From Candidatus Latescibacterota bacterium (GTDB lineage: Bacteria; Latescibacterota; UBA2968; GCA-2709665), in contig OZ252100.1 of the NCBI GenBank assembly GCA_965248435.1, positions 1,728,001 through 1,792,000 of the forward strand: a DNA stretch of 64,000 nucleotides, given 5' to 3'. The translations under genes were made by a program, and so were the position numbers. Numbering within the stretch: position 1 is the first letter of the stretch; each line of letters starts with the position of its first letter. Shown here piece after piece: positions 38,975-48,134 of the stretch. The notes beneath the pieces are model-generated. The model saw only the letters and a program-made list of their open reading frames with translations. It was not told the origin of the DNA and searched no databases.

Positions 38975-39765
38975 CCAGTCTACGAGAACAGGGGAGCTAC
39001 GCCAAACAGCAAGCGTCTGCCGACTTCTACGGGAAATATTTCTGGAAGGAATATCAGATCCGAGAGGACACTTTCCTCGAATTTCTGATTTCCGAAATTG
39101 GGAAGGAACGTCTGGAAAGCGCACGGACACTCCTAGATATCGGAGCGGGTTCAGGTAGGTTCTCCATATTCCTCAAACTCAGATTTCCTCACCTTCAGGT
39201 GACATCAGTCGACTTGTCACCAGATAATGTGGCCACGATCCAGGCCAATTCAGAGGAAAGCGGTGTAGATCTTACAACTCAAACCGCCTCTGCCCTGGAT
39301 CTCCCCTTTCCCGATGATCATTTCGACCTCGTCATCTGCCTCTACATGCTTCAGCACACCGAAGATCCGGAGCAGGGCTTCGAAGAATCTGCCCGAGTCC
39401 TCAAGCCAGGAGGATCGGCCTTCTACAGTATTGGTAGAAACAATCGACTTGGCTCAATGCATCGGAGATCGCGATGGCTATTTACTCGTGTGCCCACGTT
39501 TCTCCGGAAGCCGTTCGTCGCACCTGCTTTCCCGCTCTATTGGGGTCTCATCCACCTTCTCAATCCTCAGAAGGCGTCACGGGGCGAACTCATGAAAGAC
39601 CTGATTGACTGGGTTTACAACCCCTTGCAGCACTTCGTCGATGAGCGTGAGATGCGCAGCTGGTTTGATCGCAACGGACTAACCTTTGAGCACCGCGGAT
39701 ATACAGGACTCTTCAAGAGCATGTGTCTGTGCAGGGGTACGAAAGGTCAGGGGGGACAGGCGTGA
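38971..39765 (+). CDS. Class I SAM-dependent methyltransferase
   Basis: LDIGAGSG, VDLS, LPFPDDHFD, RVLKPGG. Confidence 0.88.
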   Translation: MTSLREQGSYAKQQASADFYGKYFWKEYQIREDTFLEFLISEIGKERLESARTLLDIGAGSGRFSIFLKLRFPHLQVTSVDLSPDNVATIQANSEESGVDLTTQTASALDLPFPDDHFDLVICLYMLQHTEDPEQGFEESARVLKPGGSAFYSIGRNNRLGSMHRRSRWLFTRVPTFLRKPFVAPAFPLYWGLIHLLNPQKASRGELMKDLIDWVYNPLQHFVDEREMRSWFDRNGLTFEHRGYTGLFKSMCLCRGTKGQGGQA

Positions 39766-40766
39766 ACCGTAAGCTCGTCCACAATCTCGCAAAGATCGTC
39801 ATCACTTTCTCTCTTCTAATCTGGTTATTCTGGGAAATTGACCTTCGCGAAATGGTCGAACTGGGCAGGCTGTTTGATGTCCCGACCCTCATCTGGATCT
39901 TCGCGCTCTGTGTGATCGGGATCCTGCTAAACACGTGGAAATGGGCAATACTCCTCACCACACGGGGCCTTTCGGTCCCGTTTCGTCAGCTGCTGCGGCT
40001 ATTCTGGATAGCTGCCTTCTTTAATAGCTTCCTGCCCGGTCGCACGGGAGGTGACCTCGTCAGAGCCTACGGCATCGCTCGCGGTGCCCCGAACCGTATG
40101 CGAGCCGCCCTCTCGGTGGCGATGGACCGAGGGCTGAACCTCGTTGCACTCATCGGGATAGCCGTCACCGCAATTCTCATCAACCCAGGTGCGTTGCCCG
40201 GACCATTCCAGACCAGCGTCCTGGGTTTCGCAATAACGTTGCTTGCTCTGGTATTCCTGACCTTTTTTTTGAGTCTGAAGTTCTCTCGTGGACACGTTGG
40301 TAGTCCCAAGGTCCGAAGCTGTCTAAAAGAAATCTCTTCAAGCGGTGCAGACCTGCTTCGGAACCCGATGGTCCTCCTCACGACCCTCATTCTCTCTGCC
40401 CTCTATCAGACGACCGCGATTTCCGTAAACTATTTGGTGGCTCGAGGCCTCGGGCTGGAGGTTGATCCCTGGCCCTTCTTCTACCTCGTTCCGATCGCCG
40501 CATTGATAACCATAGTCCCGATTTCATTGAACGGTTTCGGTCTGAGAGAGGGAGCATACGTGTTTCTGTTTTCACATGTCGGTCTACCCAACGAAGCGGC
40601 CATGGCCATTTCCATAGGAGCCACGATTTGCATGATCGGGGTCAGCTCGATCGGCGGAATCTTCTACCTGCTTGCTCCTACTCAGGCTGAAGTGCAAACT
40701 TCCAAGATATCCGACTCTGGGCCCTTTCGGTCTATCGGAATAACGGAAAGATCAAGCCATACTTAG
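39762..40766 (+). CDS. Lysylphosphatidylglycerol-synthase TM domain (flippase-like) protein
   Basis: KW..LL, FFNSFLPGRTGGDLVR, SVAMDR, PISLNGFGLREG. Confidence 0.85.
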   Translation: MNRKLVHNLAKIVITFSLLIWLFWEIDLREMVELGRLFDVPTLIWIFALCVIGILLNTWKWAILLTTRGLSVPFRQLLRLFWIAAFFNSFLPGRTGGDLVRAYGIARGAPNRMRAALSVAMDRGLNLVALIGIAVTAILINPGALPGPFQTSVLGFAITLLALVFLTFFLSLKFSRGHVGSPKVRSCLKEISSSGADLLRNPMVLLTTLILSALYQTTAISVNYLVARGLGLEVDPWPFFYLVPIAALITIVPISLNGFGLREGAYVFLFSHVGLPNEAAMAISIGATICMIGVSSIGGIFYLLAPTQAEVQTSKISDSGPFRSIGITERSSHT

Positions 40767-40776
40767 AGGAAGGCAG

Positions 40777-42135
40777 TTGACAAAGCATCCTTTAGAAAAA
40801 ACGACTCCAAATTCCATCAGTCCGGCCTCGGGCTGGACTCGGGCAAAGGCCTTCATCACGCCGGAAATTGCCCTCTTAATCGCGATCCTATTTGGCGCCC
40901 TGATCGTACGTCTGGCCTTTTCCGTTTACGAACCTCCCACACTGGCAGGGGATTCGGCCTACTATCATTCCATTGCTGAAAACCTTTTGAGGGGTCAGGG
41001 TTACTCTCGAAATGGAGTGGAACCGACCCGATTTCGCACACCCACCTACCCCGTTTTCTTGGCAACGGTCTACTTGTTGTTCGGACATAGCCTCAAGGCA
41101 GTGGTTTACGTCCAGGCATTTCTTGGAGCCCTGACGTGTCTCTTAACCTATTTCCTTGCCAATTACGTATTTGGAAGACGATCGGGACTGATTGCCGCTC
41201 TGATTGTGGCATCCTATCCGGCCCTCGTCTATTACGATAACCGCATTCTGAGGGAGAGTATTACGACACTGCTATTGATCGGCTCCGTTTTAATGGTGGT
41301 GGATCGGCCCCAGCTGCAAAGATCGACGTCTCGCCTCCTTGTGACGGGCGCACTGTTGGCATTGCTAACGCTATGCAGACCTGAAATGCTGTTCGTCTCG
41401 TGTGTCATCATCTATTTAGTGGCCCGCCCTTTTCGTCATCCACGATTCTTGAGGCAGATACTGTTGATCTTGCTTCCCATCTCTATGGTCTGGATCCCCT
41501 GGACGGTGCGAAACTATGTCACATTTGGGACCTTGTCGCCTGTTAGGACCTCGCTGGGTGGTGCCCTTTGGTTCGGCAGTCGATGGGCCGACATCGGCGG
41601 CGACGACCACACCCCCGAGGCCCGGCAAGCACTTCAGAAGGAGACGAGGGAAATTGCGGATGTCCCTGAAGCTTCCATCGAACGACGATTCCAGGAAGAA
41701 GCGTTTCTGGATATGCGAGAAAGGCCGGCCTGGTATCTACATATGATTTGGAGAAAACTCACCTTCTTTTGGAAAGATGCCAATGGCGTCAATAGAACAC
41801 TCCCGGCCATCCACCCTCTGCTTGCTCGTACTGTCAACGCCTACTACTACTCGCTGATCCTGCTGGCTTTGGTTGGGGCCATTGCCGGGAGGCGACGTTC
41901 TGATTGGGTAATGCCTCTCGTAGGAGTAATCTTCACATTCATGATGACTTATGTGCTTCTGCACGTCAGGAACCGCTATCGTGTGCCTGTATTGCCTTTC
42001 CTGTTCGTCTTTTCAGCAGGTGGTTTCTGGATCCTTTATGACAACCTCAAAGCTTTTTATCGAAAAACATTCAATGCAGTTGGATGTTCGGAACGATCCA
42101 CCCGTGAATCCCGTGCGACGCACGCACACACATAG
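40777..42135 (+). CDS. GT-C fold membrane glycosyltransferase (PMT-like)
   Basis: GDSAYY..IAENL..GQGY, RTPTYP.FLA, ILRES, RP, PWTVRNY, RYRVP. Confidence 0.82.
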   Translation: MTKHPLEKTTPNSISPASGWTRAKAFITPEIALLIAILFGALIVRLAFSVYEPPTLAGDSAYYHSIAENLLRGQGYSRNGVEPTRFRTPTYPVFLATVYLLFGHSLKAVVYVQAFLGALTCLLTYFLANYVFGRRSGLIAALIVASYPALVYYDNRILRESITTLLLIGSVLMVVDRPQLQRSTSRLLVTGALLALLTLCRPEMLFVSCVIIYLVARPFRHPRFLRQILLILLPISMVWIPWTVRNYVTFGTLSPVRTSLGGALWFGSRWADIGGDDHTPEARQALQKETREIADVPEASIERRFQEEAFLDMRERPAWYLHMIWRKLTFFWKDANGVNRTLPAIHPLLARTVNAYYYSLILLALVGAIAGRRRSDWVMPLVGVIFTFMMTYVLLHVRNRYRVPVLPFLFVFSAGGFWILYDNLKAFYRKTFNAVGCSERSTRESRATHAHT

Positions 42136-42156
42136 TAGATCATTGGAGAGCGTGAG

Positions 42157-43077
42157 ATGGACGCCTATTCTGTTGAGAACCCGGTCTTAGCCGCAGACCC
42201 TCCAGGCGATGTTCCGTCTTCTGTTAACAAAGAAGTCGGACTTGTCAGCATCGTCATCCCCGCCTATAACGAGGAGGATGGAATCGCCAAGACCGTAGAA
42301 GGTATAAAGCACGTGATGGGAAGAACGGCCACACCCCACGAAATCATCGTTGTAGATGACGGATCCGAGGACCGGACGCCCGACAAGGCACGTTTTTCAG
42401 GCATTCGATCGATCCGTCACGACTCCAACAGGGGTTACGGTGCTTCGCTAAAGACTGGAATCCAAGCAGCCAGGGGAGAATGGATCATCATCACGGATGC
42501 TGATGGGACCTATCCAAACGTTCGTATTCCGGACCTCCTTAGACACGCAGGTGAATACGATATGGTTGTTGGCGCCCGCCAGGGAGGTGTTCCGCTTTTC
42601 CGACGACCGGCGAAATGGGTACTGGCGAAACTGGCGAACTATCTGGCAGAGACTCGTATCCCAGACATAAACTCTGGCCTCCGCATATTCCGCAAAGACC
42701 TGGCCCTGCGTTTTGCCCGTATTCTGCCTTCTGGGTTCTCCTTTACGACCACAATCACCCTTGCATCACTGTGTCACGGATATCGGGTGAAATACATTCC
42801 TATCGACTATCACAAGCGTACGGGACGGTCCAAGATCAAGCCGGTTCGCGACACCTACAACTTCCTCATGCTCATCGTGCGAACCACGTTCTATTTTAAT
42901 CCCCTAAAGGTATTCATGCCCATCGGCTTCCTCCTTTTCGGCTTAGGCATCACCAAAATGGTACACGAAGTCTTGGCAGCAGGCGGCCTGGCGGAAACCT
43001 CCGTACTCCTGATCCTGGCCGCCTTTCAGACGGTAGCGCTGGGACTTCTGGCAGATATGATCGACAAGCGGCTATGA
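42157..43077 (+). CDS. GT2, polyprenyl-phosphate glycosyltransferase with two C-terminal TM helices
   Basis: VSIVIPAYNEE, VDDGSED, NRGYGASLKTG, DADGTY, PDINSGLR, GFSFTTT. Confidence 0.9.
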   Translation: MDAYSVENPVLAADPPGDVPSSVNKEVGLVSIVIPAYNEEDGIAKTVEGIKHVMGRTATPHEIIVVDDGSEDRTPDKARFSGIRSIRHDSNRGYGASLKTGIQAARGEWIIITDADGTYPNVRIPDLLRHAGEYDMVVGARQGGVPLFRRPAKWVLAKLANYLAETRIPDINSGLRIFRKDLALRFARILPSGFSFTTTITLASLCHGYRVKYIPIDYHKRTGRSKIKPVRDTYNFLMLIVRTTFYFNPLKVFMPIGFLLFGLGITKMVHEVLAAGGLAETSVLLILAAFQTVALGLLADMIDKRL

Positions 43078-44345
43078 GCAACTCGACGGACATCCTCTAC
43101 GTCATTCCCCGTCCTGAGATTGGGGGCGCTGAACGTCTTCTCCTCACGCTCCTAAGGGGCCTGGATCGATCCCGATTCAGTCCCCACCTGATATGCCTCG
43201 ATGGATCGGGGAGCCTCCTCTCCGATTTCGAAGAGGTGACAGAAAGTGTCCATATCCTGCAACGCAGCCGGCCTGTGGACCCAAAGACACTTGGGGCCCT
43301 GGTGCGCCTTATGCGAGAGATTCGACCTGCGCTGGTTCACACCTATCTCTACATCGCAAACCTGTATGGCGGGTGGGGTGCACGTTTGGCCGGTGTACCC
43401 AAACTTGTTGTCTCTCAGTTCGGGCTCGGCATCGATCCGCAGCGTGGACGACTTAGATCATTACGAATGCGGGCACTCAACCTATTTATCGGACAGTTCT
43501 CAGATCGTCTCCTTGTCAACGCCGAAACGGTGGCCAGGCACATGTGGTTAGCCGGCTACCGTCCGGAGGACACCCGGGTCGTTTACAATGGTGTCGACGT
43601 TTCAAAACGTGCTTCGGAATCAAGGCGTGACGTCGTGCGTCGCGAACTGAACGTTCGGGACGATGAAATCCTCCTGGGTACGCTTTCGCGAATAGATCCC
43701 AAGAAAGATCTCGGCACCATGCTTCGAGCCGTCGCGCTGGCGGCCAGAACTTGCCCCAATATCCGACTCTTGATCTTGGCTGGCGGATTTTCGGAGTACT
43801 TGAGAGAACTCCGCGATCTTGCTCAGAAACTGGGGATTTCGGAGAAGGTCCACTTTCTCGACTTTCACCCTGATCCACTCACGATTCTCTCGACCTGCCA
43901 CATCTCTCTTCTGTCCTCCGTTACGGAAGGCCTTCCCAACGCTATACTCGAATCGATGCTTCTGAGCAAGCCTGTCGTGTCGACGAATGTCGGTGGAATT
44001 CCCGAGATCATAGAAAACGGTGTTGACGGCTGGCTCGTCCCTCCCAGAAATCCTGATCTCCTTGCCAAACGCATTGTGGATTTGATTCATAATCCTGGCC
44101 GTGCAATTCAAATGGGCGCAGCAGGAAGGAGAAAGGCGATGCGACATTTTACCGCCGACGCAATGATTCGGAATACCCAATCCGTCTATGAGGAGCTTCT
44201 CTTTCCTCCCTCTTCACGCTCAGGGACCACACCAACTCCGTCCGACCTTGTGTCCCTGGATACACCTCTCTTTACCGCGGCAAAATCGCCTGCAGCAAAC
44301 CGGAAAGTGCTTGAATCTTCGGATTCGGCAGTCATGGTCACCTGA
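43074..44345 (+). CDS. GT4 glycosyltransferase
   Basis: GGAER, VYNGVD, EGLPNAILESM, TNVGGIPE. Confidence 0.92.
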   Translation: MSNSTDILYVIPRPEIGGAERLLLTLLRGLDRSRFSPHLICLDGSGSLLSDFEEVTESVHILQRSRPVDPKTLGALVRLMREIRPALVHTYLYIANLYGGWGARLAGVPKLVVSQFGLGIDPQRGRLRSLRMRALNLFIGQFSDRLLVNAETVARHMWLAGYRPEDTRVVYNGVDVSKRASESRRDVVRRELNVRDDEILLGTLSRIDPKKDLGTMLRAVALAARTCPNIRLLILAGGFSEYLRELRDLAQKLGISEKVHFLDFHPDPLTILSTCHISLLSSVTEGLPNAILESMLLSKPVVSTNVGGIPEIIENGVDGWLVPPRNPDLLAKRIVDLIHNPGRAIQMGAAGRRKAMRHFTADAMIRNTQSVYEELLFPPSSRSGTTPTPSDLVSLDTPLFTAAKSPAANRKVLESSDSAVMVT

Positions 44346-44351
44346 GTCCAA

Positions 44352-45311
44352 ATGTCTGACCGTCCTATCAGTGTGCTTGTTGTCACTAGCATTTATCCGA
44401 CGAAGGAAGATCCTGGCCTCGGTGCTTTTGTCTCTTCCCAGATAGAATCACTAAGGAAGGCCGGACTGAAAGTCGATATCCTCTTTCTTGATGCACGCCG
44501 CTCCAAGTGGGAGCTTCTGAAGGGTATTTCACGAATTCGCAGGCTTACCGCTTCAGGCGACTATGACCTGATTCACGCTCATTTCGGTTACAACGGAATC
44601 CCCGCCTGCTTTGAACGCAGACTGCCGCTCGTCATTTCATTTTGCGGGACCGATCTCACGCATCCTCGCTTCCGTCCAATCTCGCAATGGGTCGCCCGTC
44701 GAGCCGACGCCGCCATCGTAAAGTCCGAAGGGTTACATCGTTTGCTCGGATGTTCAGCTTCGGTCATCCCCAACGGTGTGGAGCTGGCTCGGTTCCGTCC
44801 CACACGAAAGGAGGAGGCAAGGCGGATTCTGGGTCTGCGTGAGGATGTCCGATATGTTCTCTTTGTAGGAAATCCTAAGCGTCCGGAGAAGCGGTACGAT
44901 CTTGCTCAGGGGGTTGTAGCACGAGCCCGACGATCGGGCATCCCGTTCGAGCTCCTTGTGTTGAACAAACAGCCTCACCAGGAAGTGCCCAACTTTCTCA
45001 ACGCCGCCGACGTCTTGCTCATCACATCCAGCTATGAGGGTTCGCCCAACATCGTCAAAGAAGCGATGGCATGCAATCTTCCCATCGTAAGCACGGACGT
45101 CGGAGACGTTCGAAAGATATTGGCGAACACTCGGGATTGTATGGTGGACGATGCTATCCCAGAATCACTCGCGAATGGTCTCGTCTCCGTGACCCGAAAT
45201 GGGACACGGTCGAACGGGCGTTCCCACATCACGCATCTCTCTTCTGATGCGATCGCATCGCAAGTAATTGGCGTCTACCGCCGAGTACTTGAAGCAAGAG
45301 GCCGCGCATGA
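44352..45311 (+). CDS. GT4 glycosyltransferase
   Basis: IHAHFG, IPNGV, EKRYDLA, EGSPNIVKEAMAC. Confidence 0.9.
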   Translation: MSDRPISVLVVTSIYPTKEDPGLGAFVSSQIESLRKAGLKVDILFLDARRSKWELLKGISRIRRLTASGDYDLIHAHFGYNGIPACFERRLPLVISFCGTDLTHPRFRPISQWVARRADAAIVKSEGLHRLLGCSASVIPNGVELARFRPTRKEEARRILGLREDVRYVLFVGNPKRPEKRYDLAQGVVARARRSGIPFELLVLNKQPHQEVPNFLNAADVLLITSSYEGSPNIVKEAMACNLPIVSTDVGDVRKILANTRDCMVDDAIPESLANGLVSVTRNGTRSNGRSHITHLSSDAIASQVIGVYRRVLEARGRA

Positions 45312-46489
45312 GACTCGCGATGGTCGCACACACCTATTATCCACACGACGTTCGGGTGCGCCGTGAATGTGATGCCCTAGGCGACAGAGGAGATCGCGTA
45401 GACCTGATTTGTTTGAGAGATCAGGGAGAGCAGTCTTCTGAACGGATCGGCAACGTCACGGTTCACCGGCTCCCAATCCAACACGCCAGAGGTCAGGGAC
45501 AGGCCGCTTACATCCGAGAATACCTCGGTTTCTTTCTGCGCTCGTTCGCCCTCCTAACCCGGCTGTTCATCAGACATCGATATCCGATCGTGCAGGTTCA
45601 CAACCTCCCCGATTTCCTTGTCTTCGTCACCCTGATCCCAAAAATCCTTGGGGCCCGCGTGCTCCTGGACATGCACGACGTCACACCTGAGCTTTTTCAA
45701 TCGCTCTACGGAACATCGCAGTCAAGCCTCAAATTCGGCCTTCTCCGATTTGTAGAGCAAGTGAGCCTTGCATATGCCGACGCTGTCCTGACAGTAAATC
45801 GAAATATCCGCGACCTCTTTCTTGCGCGAAATCCCATAGCCCACAAGATAGAGGTCGTCATGAACGCCCCGGATCCCAGGTACTTTGATTCCTGTGGGTC
45901 CGGGGCGTCCTCCCCAAACGGTCACTTCAGACTCATTCACCACGGTCAGATCATTCGAAGGTATGACTTCGAAGTCGCCCTGGAAGCAGTCAGCATCGCC
46001 AGAGACAGAATTCCAGATCTTCGATTGGACATTTACGGGGACGGTGAAGCTTCCTATATCCGCGAACTTCTCGGGATCGTGGATTCAAGCGGCCTGAGCC
46101 GGTGCGTCAGGTTTCACAAACGCGTTCCCCTCGAGCAGGTCCCGGGGTTGATTCGGAGCGCCGATATCGGAATTGTGCCGTGTAAGCGTGATGTATTCGT
46201 AGATCAGGTCATGCTCCCTGTGCGCCTCCTCGAATACGTTGCCAGCGGTCTCCCGGCCGTGGTCTCCAGGGTTGGGACCGTCGAAGCATATTTCGACGAC
46301 GAGGAAGTTGCCTACTACCCACCCAGCGATCCCGATGCACTCGCCAACCGTATCGTCGAGCTCTACTCCGACCCACAGCGCCGGCTGGATATGGCCACAC
46401 GAGCCAAAAATACCTTCCGTATTTACGAATGGCCTCGTATGAAACTACGCTATTACAACGTCATCGATTCACTCGCGAAAATCAGGTGA
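45308..46489 (+). CDS. GT4 glycosyltransferase
   Basis: DVRVRRE, HNLPD, DMHD..PE, PVRLLEYVASGLP. Confidence 0.88.
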   Translation: MRLAMVAHTYYPHDVRVRRECDALGDRGDRVDLICLRDQGEQSSERIGNVTVHRLPIQHARGQGQAAYIREYLGFFLRSFALLTRLFIRHRYPIVQVHNLPDFLVFVTLIPKILGARVLLDMHDVTPELFQSLYGTSQSSLKFGLLRFVEQVSLAYADAVLTVNRNIRDLFLARNPIAHKIEVVMNAPDPRYFDSCGSGASSPNGHFRLIHHGQIIRRYDFEVALEAVSIARDRIPDLRLDIYGDGEASYIRELLGIVDSSGLSRCVRFHKRVPLEQVPGLIRSADIGIVPCKRDVFVDQVMLPVRLLEYVASGLPAVVSRVGTVEAYFDDEEVAYYPPSDPDALANRIVELYSDPQRRLDMATRAKNTFRIYEWPRMKLRYYNVIDSLAKIR

Positions 46490-46496
46490 GGAAGCC

Positions 46497-48134
46497 GTGG
46501 TTCTGCCTCAGAGGAAAACACTGCCGCTCGTTCTCTTGTTGGGGTTCGCTGCATTCATTTATATGAGTGCACTTACTCAGGGCGAGCGTCTCTTCGACAA
46601 TGACTACGACTGGATCTCCCAAGCACAGAGCGACTGGTCTGAGATCCTACAGGACATCTTCAGGCCGATGCCGCGAGACTGGGGATTTCAGAACCGGCCC
46701 CTGCAAGTTCTCTGCTTCAAAATGATCTACACGTTCTTTGGATACGACCCCGGACCCTACTATGCCTTCAAATGCTTCCTGTTCGCCCTCGTGACGTGTG
46801 GGATCTGTGTCTTTTGCCTCGGGCTGGGGTTCGGGCGTGCCGTCGGCTTTACTTCGGCAGCGATCTTTGCACTGTCGAGCCCGGTATTCTCCAGCACACT
46901 CTGGGTCTCAGACTTTGAGCTCCTTGCTCAGCTCTTCATTCTGTCTGCCTTCAGTTGCTTCCTCTTCTTGGAGAATCATCGTTGCTTCGAAGAAAACCGA
47001 GTGAAGTTCTACCTCCTTCAGGGTTTCACTTTGCTCTTTGCCATCTTAGGACACGCCGCCAAGGGGAGTGCGAAAATCGTTCCATTTGTCGTGTTGGGTT
47101 TCCTTTTGGTCTACAATCGACGACACGTAAAACGTCACCTTCTGCTTGTTATCCTGATTCTACTGACGATCGTTCCCCTCGTTCAACTCCTCGATGATCC
47201 AATTCCCCCTTTCGCCCCGTTCTCCGAGGATCAGTCAAACGGTTGGATGTGGAGACCGGCAAATTTGACTACCCTCCACATCCTCATTTTTGGAGACGTC
47301 AACATCCTCAGCGGAAGTGATGATTTTGCCTACAGTCTTTTGGGCGCCTTCTCCCCTGTCCTCTTGTGGAGTCTGGTCGTGGCGGCAGCCTTCCTCTTCT
47401 ACATACGTCGTTGGCCCTCAGCGCAAAGCACCCAGATTAGGCGTAGCATTGTTTTCTGCTCGATTTGGCTGGCCGTTGTCATCGTCTCTCTTTCCGCATT
47501 CCCCAGACTGCCATACGAATTCATGTCCCGATATGTCACCGTCGTCCTCGTTCCAGCCAGCGTGCTCACAGCGATCATTCTCGTTCACGCTGTAGCACTC
47601 ACGCCTGAACGCGTAAGGCGATATGCCGGCGGACTGCTCTTGCTCGTAATTCTAGGACATAGCATCATCAACTTCGGCCACGTCCGGCATACGCGCGAGT
47701 ATCTCGGTCAGATCATGATCTCCTATGACCGGGCACGAACGTCCATTTCAGAGACCATACAGAATGCGACAGTCTTCCTCCTCGACTATACGTTCAGCTA
47801 CAACCGTCCACTGGGGGATGGAAATCTCTACGTCAAAAATCGTGGGTGGCCGCACGAGGCAGACCTTTCGCGTCCGCTATACGTGCTGGCCCATCACGAT
47901 GGCGACATTGAAAACATCGACTACGACCCGGTCGTGAAAAAGATCTCGAAGCCCCTTCAGCTGCTGTCCAACAACGGATCCCAGGTCCGAATCGGCATTC
48001 GTCCGATCCGGGTCTTCCACAGTTTGACGGATGGGTTCTACGATCGTTGGATCTATGGCAGGTCGGAATCGATCATGTCTGTTCTCTTTCACGTCGTCCT
48101 CGAACCTCACGACCCCCAAAAGGCGCTAAAATGA
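46497..48134 (+). CDS. Multi-TM membrane protein, probable GT-C fold glycosyltransferase
   Basis: TM1 followed by acidic DNDYDW loop and RPL motif, about 11 hydrophobic segments, late RY motif. Confidence 0.55.
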   Translation: MVLPQRKTLPLVLLLGFAAFIYMSALTQGERLFDNDYDWISQAQSDWSEILQDIFRPMPRDWGFQNRPLQVLCFKMIYTFFGYDPGPYYAFKCFLFALVTCGICVFCLGLGFGRAVGFTSAAIFALSSPVFSSTLWVSDFELLAQLFILSAFSCFLFLENHRCFEENRVKFYLLQGFTLLFAILGHAAKGSAKIVPFVVLGFLLVYNRRHVKRHLLLVILILLTIVPLVQLLDDPIPPFAPFSEDQSNGWMWRPANLTTLHILIFGDVNILSGSDDFAYSLLGAFSPVLLWSLVVAAAFLFYIRRWPSAQSTQIRRSIVFCSIWLAVVIVSLSAFPRLPYEFMSRYVTVVLVPASVLTAIILVHAVALTPERVRRYAGGLLLLVILGHSIINFGHVRHTREYLGQIMISYDRARTSISETIQNATVFLLDYTFSYNRPLGDGNLYVKNRGWPHEADLSRPLYVLAHHDGDIENIDYDPVVKKISKPLQLLSNNGSQVRIGIRPIRVFHSLTDGFYDRWIYGRSESIMSVLFHVVLEPHDPQKALK

